Positions 24,531-32,000 of a stretch of DNA of 32,000 bases are shown here, piece after piece. Every line of letters starts with the position of its first letter. The stretch's first letter is position 1. The translations under genes were made by a program, and so were the position numbers. The stretch is taken from assembly GCF_000025925.1 (NCBI RefSeq), contig NC_014033.1, positions 1,950,001 through 1,982,000 on the forward strand. The letters are read 5' to 3'. This DNA is from Xylanibacter ruminicola 23. GTDB taxonomy: Bacteria > Bacteroidota > Bacteroidia > Bacteroidales > Bacteroidaceae. The notes beneath the pieces are model-generated. The model had not been told where the DNA came from, made no database searches, and was given only the letters and a program-made list of their open reading frames with translations.

Positions 24531-25581
24531 ATGCACGAAACGTTTCACGTTTCATCTTGGCATCGAAAAGCCATTTGATGATTCTGGGACAACGCAAAGC
24601 CCAGCGAAGCAGTCGCCATCCGATAGGACTGAAAAAGAACTCGTACACCTTCTTCTGATGCTCCATCTTGCGAAACTCCTCCTTATTGGTTTCGCTGAAC
24701 GAGCGTCCCTCAACAATAGCACGCTTGGCATTGGCCGCGGTTTTAAAGGCATCGTAAAGTCCCTCGCCCGTAAGCTTATTGGCAAATCCACCAGCATCGC
24801 CAATCAATATCACATTATCGGCTGTATGGGGCACCGTATCAAGCTGGATATAGGCGCCGCAGATGCGATCTACGGGCACGCCAAACTTGGTAAGCGCCTG
24901 CTTGAAGCCTGCCTTATGGCGGGGCATATCGTCGTTGGTTTCGACCGAGGCATAACCATACATATCGCGCCCTACACTCGAGAACTTATAGAATACGCCG
25001 GGACGATAGTTGTTTGAGAAGTGTACAAACACATCATCGCTCTCCTTACCTTCGTCGAACTGCTCGAGGAACATGGCCCGCAACTTGGAATCGCCATGAA
25101 TCTGCTGACGAATCTGACTGTTAGAACCATCGGCTGCCACCAGATAACGACACGAAATCTGCTCACCCGATTTGAGGGTAACAAGCACCTGTCCGTCGGC
25201 CTGCTGATCAAAGCGGGCAAACGAACCTTTCATCAGCTCGCCACCGTGGTCCAAGTAATACTGCAACAACGAATAGTCGAAGTCCTTACGTCGCGTCATG
25301 CGGATAGGATATTCGGCCTGAAACTCGCAAACGGCATCGTTCTCGAACTGACAACGCATGCGGGTGATGGGGCGATAGTTATACTGAATGCCAGGCAGCA
25401 GCATATCCAACAGTCGCCAGGCCTTAACCGTAAGTCCACCACCGCAAACCTTATCGCGGGGGAACGTGGCCTGATCAACTATCAAACATTCAACACCTGC
25501 CTGCTTTAACAGACTACCACAAACGGAGCCGGCAGGACCGGCTCCGATTATCAACACATCAATATGTCTTTTATTCTCCAT
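24529..25581 (-). CDS. FAD-dependent oxidoreductase, geranylgeranyl-reductase family
   Basis: The N-terminal dinucleotide-binding motif is DVLIIGAGPAGSVCGSLL, followed by RDKVCGGGLT. Length is 350 aa, and the start lies 2 nt after the mutB stop. Confidence 0.85.
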   Translation of the reverse strand: MENKRHIDVLIIGAGPAGSVCGSLLKQAGVECLIVDQATFPRDKVCGGGLTVKAWRLLDMLLPGIQYNYRPITRMRCQFENDAVCEFQAEYPIRMTRRKDFDYSLLQYYLDHGGELMKGSFARFDQQADGQVLVTLKSGEQISCRYLVAADGSNSQIRQQIHGDSKLRAMFLEQFDEGKESDDVFVHFSNNYRPGVFYKFSSVGRDMYGYASVETNDDMPRHKAGFKQALTKFGVPVDRICGAYIQLDTVPHTADNVILIGDAGGFANKLTGEGLYDAFKTAANAKRAIVEGRSFSETNKEEFRKMEHQKKVYEFFFSPIGWRLLRWALRCPRIIKWLFDAKMKRETFRA

Positions 25582-25583
25582 AA

Positions 25584-27749
25584 TTACTCTTTGTCCATCA
25601 GAATCTTCATCATCTGGATGGCCGAATACGGAATCGGGGTACCAGGACCGAAGATACAGGCCACACCTGCCTTGTAAAGGAAGTCGTAATCCTGAGCAGG
25701 AATAACACCTCCGGCAGTTACCATGATATCCTCGCGGCCCAGTTTCTTCAGCTCCTCGATAAGCTGAGGAATCAGCGTTTTATGACCAGCGGCAAGCGAC
25801 GAGGCACCTACAATGTGTACATCGTTCTCGACGGCCATACGGGCAGCCTCCTCGGGAGTCTGGAACAGCGGCCCCATATCCACGTCGAAGCCACAGTCGG
25901 CATAACCTGTTGCCACTACCTTAGCACCACGGTCGTGACCGTCCTGACCCATCTTGGCAACGAAGATACGTGGACGGCGACCTTCCTTCTGAGCAAACTC
26001 GTCGGTAAGCTTCTTAGCCTCCTCGAATTCCTTATCATTCTTAGATTCTGAACTATACACGCCTGAAATTGTTCTGATTACTGCTTTATAACGGCCCACG
26101 ATCTCTTCGCAGGCATCTGAAATCTCACCCAGTGTACAACGCAGCTGTGCAGCCTTGACTGCCAGGTCGAGCAGGTTGTTCTCGCTCTTGCGACCTTCCT
26201 TAAAGTCGCGTACACACTCGGTGATAGCCTTGAGTGCAGCCTGACAAGCGGCCTCGTCGCGGGTAGAGCGAACCTGCTTCAAGCTCTCTTCCTGCTGCTT
26301 GCGTACAGCGGTGTTATCAACCTCGAGGATATCGATAGGATCCTCGTGCTCCAAACGGTATTTGTTGGTACCAACGATGGTTTGCACGCCACTATCGATA
26401 CGAGCCTGAGTGCGTGCTGCAGCCTCCTCGATACGCATCTTAGGCAGACCAGTCTCGATAGCCTTAGCCATACCACCCAGCTTCTCAATCTCCTGGATAT
26501 GCTCCCAAGCCTTGTGAACCAGCTCGTTGGTCAGCGTCTCAACATAGTAGCTACCAGCCCATGGGTCGATCTGCTTGCACACCTTAGTCTCGTTCTGGAT
26601 ATAAATCTGGGTGTTACGAGCGATACGAGCCGAGAAATCGGTAGGCAGAGCGATAGCCTCATCAAGCGCATTGGTGTGCAGCGACTGAGTATGTCCCAGC
26701 ACAGCAGCCATAGCCTCGATACAGGTACGACCTACGTTATTGAAGGGATCCTGCTCGGTAAGACTCCAACCAGATGTCTGCGAGTGAGTACGCAGAGCCA
26801 GCGACTTAGGATTCTTGGCACCGAAGCTCTTCACAATCTTAGCCCACAGCAGTCGGCCAGCACGCATCTTGGCAATCTCCATGAAGTGATTCATACCGAT
26901 AGCCCAGAAGAACGACAGACGGGGTGCAAAAGCATCCACATCGATACCGGCATTCACACCTGTACGCAGGTAGTCCATACCATCGGCCAGCGTGTAAGCC
27001 AGCTCGATATCGGCTGTAGCTCCAGCCTCCTGCATGTGATAACCCGAAATAGAAATCGAGTTGAACTTAGGCATCTTCTGCGACGTGTACTCAAAGATAT
27101 CAGCGATAATCTTCATTGAGAATGCAGGGGGATAGATATAGGTGTTACGCACCATGAACTCCTTCAGGATATCGTTCTGGATGGTTCCAGCCATTTCTTC
27201 TAATTGAGCACCCTGCTCCAGACCTGCTACGATGTAGAATGCCAGGATAGGCAATACGGCACCATTCATAGTCATCGAGACAGACATCTTGTTCAAGGGG
27301 ATACCGCTGAAGAGCACCTTCATGTTCTCCTCGTTACAGATTGATACACCAGCCTTACCTACATCGCCCACTACACGAGCGTTATCGGGGTCGTAACCAC
27401 GGTGTGTAGGCAAGTCAAAGGCTACAGAAAGTCCCTTCTGACCAGAAGCCAAATTACGGCGATAGAAGGCATTCGACTCTTCGGCTGTAGAGAATCCAGC
27501 ATACTGACGGATAGTCCAAGGCTTGAAGGGGTACATCATCGAATACGGACCACGCAGATAGGGAGGGATACCAGCTGTAAAGTCGAGGTGCTCCATCCCC
27601 TCAAGGTCTTCCTTAGTATAAACCGGACGAACCTCGATGTGCTCTGGGGTTTTCCAGTTGGCCTCAATACCATTATCTTTAATCCACTTGGCACCATCCT
27701 GAGCCTTGATGCCTGCATAGATATCAATATCTTTAAACTGTTTACGCAT
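25584..27749 (-). CDS. mutB: Methylmalonyl-CoA mutase, large (alpha, catalytic) subunit
   Basis: Diagnostic stretches are [27 protein letters not shown] and [13 protein letters not shown]. The C-terminal B12-binding motif GQDGHDRG is present. Length is 721 aa. Confidence 0.95.
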   Translation of the reverse strand: MRKQFKDIDIYAGIKAQDGAKWIKDNGIEANWKTPEHIEVRPVYTKEDLEGMEHLDFTAGIPPYLRGPYSMMYPFKPWTIRQYAGFSTAEESNAFYRRNLASGQKGLSVAFDLPTHRGYDPDNARVVGDVGKAGVSICNEENMKVLFSGIPLNKMSVSMTMNGAVLPILAFYIVAGLEQGAQLEEMAGTIQNDILKEFMVRNTYIYPPAFSMKIIADIFEYTSQKMPKFNSISISGYHMQEAGATADIELAYTLADGMDYLRTGVNAGIDVDAFAPRLSFFWAIGMNHFMEIAKMRAGRLLWAKIVKSFGAKNPKSLALRTHSQTSGWSLTEQDPFNNVGRTCIEAMAAVLGHTQSLHTNALDEAIALPTDFSARIARNTQIYIQNETKVCKQIDPWAGSYYVETLTNELVHKAWEHIQEIEKLGGMAKAIETGLPKMRIEEAAARTQARIDSGVQTIVGTNKYRLEHEDPIDILEVDNTAVRKQQEESLKQVRSTRDEAACQAALKAITECVRDFKEGRKSENNLLDLAVKAAQLRCTLGEISDACEEIVGRYKAVIRTISGVYSSESKNDKEFEEAKKLTDEFAQKEGRRPRIFVAKMGQDGHDRGAKVVATGYADCGFDVDMGPLFQTPEEAARMAVENDVHIVGASSLAAGHKTLIPQLIEELKKLGREDIMVTAGGVIPAQDYDFLYKAGVACIFGPGTPIPYSAIQMMKILMDKE

Positions 27750-27768
27750 AATTCAAGTCTCCTATTCT

Positions 27769-29631
27769 TTAAATACCAAGTTTCTGATTATATTCTTTCA
27801 AAGTCTCGAGCACGTTGCACTTTACATGTACAAAGTTCTCGATGCCAGCAGCCTTCAGGTCTTCCATGCAAGCAGGCGCACCAGCTACCACAAACATGGC
27901 GCGACCATTAAGATACTTGAAGGCAGGGATAGCGTACTCGGCATACTCGTCGTCGCTCGAGCAGATAACCACGATATCGGCCTTAGCCCCTAAAGCGGCA
28001 TCAACACCCTCTTCAACGGTCTTGAATCCAAGGTTATCAATCACCTTATAGCCTGCACAAGCCAGGAAGTTGCACGAGAACTGTGCACGAGCCTGACGCA
28101 TGGCCAGATTACCGATGGTAAGCATAAAGGCAGTAGGCACCTTAGTTTCCTCGGTATGTATGCGCAGATTCTCGAAGTCGGCAGCCAAGCGGGTGCTTTC
28201 GATACCCTTAAAGGCTACAGTCTCCTCGCCATGATGGTGCACGCCACCACAACCGCAATGGTGCTTGTAAGCACGCTTGTTCTCGCTCTTCTCGGTGAAG
28301 TTTGGGAACTGGTTAGTGCCCAGCAGGAACTCCTTGCGCTTGGCAGCATCGCCATGACGCTTCACGTTGGTAGCGTTGATATCGTCCTGAACGGTTCCAG
28401 CCTTGACAGCAGCCAGGAATCCACCCTCGTCTTCTACCTTCAGGAATATCTTCCAAGCCTCGGTAGCCAGTGCATCAGTGAGGTGCTCGATATAATAAGA
28501 ACCTGCTGATGGGTCGACGATACGGTCGAAATGGCTCTCCTCCTTAATCAGCAGCTGCTGGTTGCGGGCGATACGCTCAGAGAAATCAGTTGCCTCCTCG
28601 TAAGGTGCATCGAACGGTGTTACCACCATCGAATGGACACTACCCAGAGCGGCACTCATGGCCTCGGTCTGCGAACGCAGCAGGTTTACATAGCTGTCGA
28701 ACAGTGTCTGGTTATAAGTAGAGGTGGTGGCGTTGATAATCATCTTGCAAGCGCAATCACACTTAGGCTCGTACTGCTTTACAATCTGAGCCCACAACAG
28801 GCGGGCGGCACGGAACTTGGCAATCTCCATGAAATAGTTCTCGCTAACACCCATATTAAACTTGATGCTCTTAGCAGCCAGATCCACATCCACACCAGCA
28901 TCGGTCAACTGCTGCAGATACTCGTTACCCCAAGCCAGAGCATAGCCCAGCTCCTGAACGATGTAGGCACCTGCATTGTTAAGTGCATCGCTATGAACGA
29001 TGATGCTGCGGAAATTAGGATACTCCTTGAGCGACTCGGCCAGTTTAGGACCAAAGGCGAGCACAGGTGTTACATCCTTACCCGTCATCACAATCTTCTT
29101 CATGGGGTCCCACTCAATCGAGCCTACTATCTTTTCCTTGTCGTAACCCTTCTTGGTCCAATAAGTCTTCAGGATTTCGGCCAGTTCGAGCGAATGACGC
29201 TGACAGGTAGAGAAGTTAACCTCTACGCACTCGCAGTAAATGCCATCGAGCAATGTCTCGATAGTATCCATCGAAACCAGCTTTCCAGGAATATGGAAAC
29301 CTAATGAGTCGATACCCTTGTTCAGGATGTCGAGTGCCTTGGCGTTAGCAGCCTTAGGGTCGGCAGCCTCGATATTCTGGCGGACATACCACTCGTTCGA
29401 ATCCTTTTTATTGCCACGTACAAATGGAAACTCGCCAGGCAGGGCATCGGGTGTTTTCAGGTTAGCCAGATCCTCACGGCGATAGAAGGGTTGTACGTTA
29501 AAACCTTCGTTTGTTCTCCATACCAAGCGCTTCTGAAAATCAGCACCTTTCAGGTCTACCTCGATCTTGTCGAGCCATTCCTGTTTGGTAGGGGCTGTGA
29601 ACTCGGTAAAGAGTTTCTCTTTGTTTGCCAT
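27769..29631 (-). CDS. mutA: Methylmalonyl-CoA mutase, small (beta) subunit
   Basis: This 620-aa mutase paralog sits directly upstream of mutB. It shares the TIM-barrel region but lacks the DxHxxG cobalamin motif in its C-terminal domain. Confidence 0.88.
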   Translation of the reverse strand: MANKEKLFTEFTAPTKQEWLDKIEVDLKGADFQKRLVWRTNEGFNVQPFYRREDLANLKTPDALPGEFPFVRGNKKDSNEWYVRQNIEAADPKAANAKALDILNKGIDSLGFHIPGKLVSMDTIETLLDGIYCECVEVNFSTCQRHSLELAEILKTYWTKKGYDKEKIVGSIEWDPMKKIVMTGKDVTPVLAFGPKLAESLKEYPNFRSIIVHSDALNNAGAYIVQELGYALAWGNEYLQQLTDAGVDVDLAAKSIKFNMGVSENYFMEIAKFRAARLLWAQIVKQYEPKCDCACKMIINATTSTYNQTLFDSYVNLLRSQTEAMSAALGSVHSMVVTPFDAPYEEATDFSERIARNQQLLIKEESHFDRIVDPSAGSYYIEHLTDALATEAWKIFLKVEDEGGFLAAVKAGTVQDDINATNVKRHGDAAKRKEFLLGTNQFPNFTEKSENKRAYKHHCGCGGVHHHGEETVAFKGIESTRLAADFENLRIHTEETKVPTAFMLTIGNLAMRQARAQFSCNFLACAGYKVIDNLGFKTVEEGVDAALGAKADIVVICSSDDEYAEYAIPAFKYLNGRAMFVVAGAPACMEDLKAAGIENFVHVKCNVLETLKEYNQKLGI

Positions 29632-29690
29632 AGATTTGATACGTTTAATTATTATATAAGTAATGTTTTAAGTTTATTCTTAACAGTGGA

Positions 29691-29698
29691 CAAAGATA
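29691..29698 (-). promoter_or_regulatory. -7 promoter box (TAtcTTTG on minus strand)
   Basis: The reverse complement of CAAAGATA is TATCTTTG. It lies 60 nt upstream of the mutA ATG at 29631. Confidence 0.45.
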
Positions 29699-29803
29699 CA
29701 ACATTTTTGCTCAAAACGGCATTTTGAAGTGTGAAAGAAATAAAAAAACACTATTTATACGAAAATTGATGCACAAAAATGATAAAGATGAGCATTTTTT
29801 AAC

Positions 29804-29811
29804 TACCTTTG
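29804..29811 (+). promoter_or_regulatory. -7 promoter box (TAccTTTG)
   Basis: TACCTTTG lies 50 nt upstream of the ATG at 29861. Confidence 0.45.
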
Positions 29812-29860
29812 CAGTCGAATTTGAGATATTTTAAAGAATAGGTATTATTTAGAATTATTT

Positions 29861-31552
29861 ATGGAATCATTTCAGTGGTTAAGTGACCTTTTTACGACGA
29901 CAGACTCGGTAGCGCACATTACGCTACTCTACGCTATTGTGATAGCGATTGGTGTTTATTTAGGAAAAATTAAGTTTTTTGGTGTTTCACTGGGCGTAAC
30001 CTTTGTGCTTTTTGCAGGTATTCTGGCCGGACACATCGGCTTTACTGCTCCAACTCCCATTCTTACATTCGTACAGGACTTCGGACTGATACTCTTTGTA
30101 TTCATGATCGGTCTGCAGGTAGGTCCTGGATTCTTCGAAAGCTTTGGTACACAGGGCATTAAGCTTAACGCAATGGCTGCCACAGCTATCCTGCTTAACA
30201 TCCTGGTAATGTTCGGATGCTACTACATTTTCTTCGACACTAACAATACCAACAACCTGCCTATGATGGTTGGTACACTGTATGGTGCCGTAACTAACAC
30301 TCCAGGACTTGGTGCTGCCAACGAGGCTCTCTCGACTGTATTCGGCGGCAACGCTCCACAGATTGCATCGGCCTATGCCTGTGCTTACCCACTTGGTGTG
30401 CTGGGTATTATCGGTGCCATTATATTAGTAAGGTACATCTGCAAGGTTAAGCTGGATAAAGAAGAGAAGGACCTTGAGGCTTTGGACGAGACCAACGCTA
30501 ACAAGAAGCCTTACAAGATGCACCTTGAGGTAACAAACAAATACTTGGAGGGTAAGACTCTGCTGCAGGTTCACGACTTCCTGAACCGCGACTTCGTAGT
30601 ATCACGCCTGGTACACGAGGGCGAGCTGTTTATCCCTAACCGCGATACCATCTTCCACCTGGGCGACCAGATGCTGATAGTATGTGCCGAGGCCGACCAG
30701 GAGGCTATCACTGCCTTTATCGGTCCTAAGCTCGACATCGACTTTGAGCAGCAGGATCAGCCTATGGTTTCAAAGCGTATTGTTATTACCAATCCTAAGG
30801 TTAACGGTAAAACACTGGCATCGCTGCACTTCTCGAGTGTACATGGTGTTAACGTAACCCGCGTAACCCGTCATGGTATGGACATCTTCGCATCTCCCAC
30901 CCTGCCCCTGCAGGTAGGCGACCGCATCATGGTTGTTGGTCCTGAGGACGCTGTTGACAACGTGGCTGGTAAGATGGGTAACTCAATCCGCCGTTTGGAC
31001 GCACCAAACATCGCCACTATCTTCGTGGGTATCTTTATCGGACTTATCTTCGGTATGTTCCCAGTAGCTATTCCTGGCATGCCTGTACCTGTTAAGTTAG
31101 GTTTGGCTGGTGGTCCACTTATCATCGCTATTCTGATTGGCCGTTATGGCTATAAGATACATCTGGTAACCTATACCACCACATCGGCTAACATGATGCT
31201 GCGTGAGATTGGTTTGGTGCTCTTCCTGGCATCGGTAGGTATCAAGGCTGGAGCCGGGTTCTTTGAGACTGTGGTTCAGGGCGACGGACTGCTCTATGTG
31301 CTCACAGGTTTCCTCATCACCATTATCCCCATCCTGATTGTAGGCCCACTGGCTCGCTGGAAGTTTGGCTTCAACTACTTCACGTTGGCTGGTATGATTG
31401 CCGGTACCTATACCGATCCCCCCGCACTGGCTTATGCCAACAGCATCTGCTCGAAGGAAGCTCCTGCTCTGGGCTACTCAACGGTTTATCCGCTGGCTAT
31501 GTTCCTCCGCATCTTCACAGCGCAGATTGTGGTATTGTTCTTCTGCGGCTAA
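29861..31552 (+). CDS. Putative transporter of the YidE/YbjL (aspartate:alanine exchanger, AAE) family with two central TrkA-C/RCK_C domains
   Basis: It has two homologous multi-TM halves that flank a soluble ~170-aa region with a duplicated RCK_C-like pattern ([13 protein letters not shown] and [13 protein letters not shown]). Length is 563 aa. Confidence 0.85.
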   Translation: MESFQWLSDLFTTTDSVAHITLLYAIVIAIGVYLGKIKFFGVSLGVTFVLFAGILAGHIGFTAPTPILTFVQDFGLILFVFMIGLQVGPGFFESFGTQGIKLNAMAATAILLNILVMFGCYYIFFDTNNTNNLPMMVGTLYGAVTNTPGLGAANEALSTVFGGNAPQIASAYACAYPLGVLGIIGAIILVRYICKVKLDKEEKDLEALDETNANKKPYKMHLEVTNKYLEGKTLLQVHDFLNRDFVVSRLVHEGELFIPNRDTIFHLGDQMLIVCAEADQEAITAFIGPKLDIDFEQQDQPMVSKRIVITNPKVNGKTLASLHFSSVHGVNVTRVTRHGMDIFASPTLPLQVGDRIMVVGPEDAVDNVAGKMGNSIRRLDAPNIATIFVGIFIGLIFGMFPVAIPGMPVPVKLGLAGGPLIIAILIGRYGYKIHLVTYTTTSANMMLREIGLVLFLASVGIKAGAGFFETVVQGDGLLYVLTGFLITIIPILIVGPLARWKFGFNYFTLAGMIAGTYTDPPALAYANSICSKEAPALGYSTVYPLAMFLRIFTAQIVVLFFCG

Positions 31553-31592
31553 CGGAGGCAACAATAAACTTATATAATAATTTACCAACAAA

Positions 31593-32000
31593 ATGAAGAA
31601 AACCAAAATCCTGCTCAGCGGCCTATTGTTGGCCAGCGCCACGGCGATGATGGCTCAAGGAGCCAAAAACATTCGCATTAACGAGGTGCTGACCAACAAT
31701 ACCGCCAGCATTCAGGATGATTACGGACAAAACCACGCATGGATAGAGTTGGAGAACACCTCGTTCACTACCTATAACGTGCGTGGTATGTATTTTACTA
31801 CTGATCGTTCCGTACTCGATCCAAAGATGAGTGTGCCTGAACGCATCAAGCGCATGAGTGTTATCCCCAGTGGCGATCCTCGTACGCAGATAGGCGGGCA
31901 TCAGCACCTAATCTTCTACTGCAACTCTAACCCTGCACAGAGTAAGTTGCACCTCTCGCTCAACGTTCCCTTGTCGGAGCCCCTTTGGTTGGGATTCTAC
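31593..32000 (+). CDS. Secreted protein, partial (runs off the window), with a possible lamin-tail-like (LTD) N-terminal domain
   Basis: I translated 136 codons from the ATG at 31593 with no stop. A signal peptide (MKKTKILLSGLLLASATAMMAQG) is followed by IRINEVLTNN...HAWIELENTS, which resembles LTD domains. The ORF track misses it because it has no stop in the window. Confidence 0.65.
   Translation, partial: MKKTKILLSGLLLASATAMMAQGAKNIRINEVLTNNTASIQDDYGQNHAWIELENTSFTTYNVRGMYFTTDRSVLDPKMSVPERIKRMSVIPSGDPRTQIGGHQHLIFYCNSNPAQSKLHLSLNVPLSEPLWLGFY

Noticed and set aside
2028-29304. Many long antisense or shadow ORFs, e.g. 3003-3665(-), 7861-8862(-), 8974-9681(-), 10017-10643(-), 14653-15414(+), 17283-17822(-), 18798-19430(-), 21526-22059(-), 24472-25017(+), 25021-25509(+), 26346-27119(+), 28531-29304(+)
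   Set aside because: Each lies entirely inside a well-supported gene on the opposite strand. Their translations are low-complexity or rich in Cys, His, Arg and Gln, with no family resemblance. They are typical of open antisense frames.
29632-29860. Possible cobalamin riboswitch upstream of the B12-dependent mutase genes
   Set aside because: The leader is AT-rich and contains no GC-rich B12-box-like element. The genes encode a B12-using enzyme, not B12 uptake or synthesis.

Overview
The window looks like a Bacteroidota chromosomal segment, probably Prevotellaceae-like. This is inferred from TAnnTTTG promoter boxes in front of most genes, an HTCS-type regulator, a GH97 gene and the methylmalonyl-CoA mutase pair. 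I support 21 protein-coding genes, and most are housekeeping or envelope functions. They include an MscS-family channel, kdsA-kdsD, a degenerate hybrid two-component-like regulator, a PLD-type cardiolipin synthase, an acyltransferase_3 protein, a TPR protein with an orphan binding lipoprotein, radA, pgk, a GH97 glycosidase, a mutA-mutB-flavoprotein operon, an AAE-family transporter and a partial secreted protein. I saw no rRNA, tRNA, CRISPR array, transposase or integrase gene. The one clearly accessory stretch is about 20.4-24.5 kb. (1) A GC-rich ~3.07-kb segment carries one 922-aa gene that fuses permease, binding domain and ATPase of an amino-acid-type ABC importer, with the binding domain circularly permuted. 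This segment is bracketed by two copies of the GH97 3' end, with a 23-nt identical core and about 76% identity over 90 nt. (2) Two 3' gene remnants sit back to back at 23327-23526. (3) An AT-rich, ORF-free module (23546-24021) follows, bounded by perfect 21-bp inverted repeats. It holds mirror-image arrays of 12 CTACATAA boxes, a perfect 38-bp palindrome with a related second palindrome, and five direct repeats at an exact 22-bp period. (4) An orphan 77-aa gene with its own promoter box and a strong bidirectional terminator comes next. The repeat module is the best candidate for something undescribed. It could be an inverton, a non-autonomous mobile element with multi-site ends, or an origin/partition-like or integrase arm-site region. 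The sequence alone cannot decide between these.
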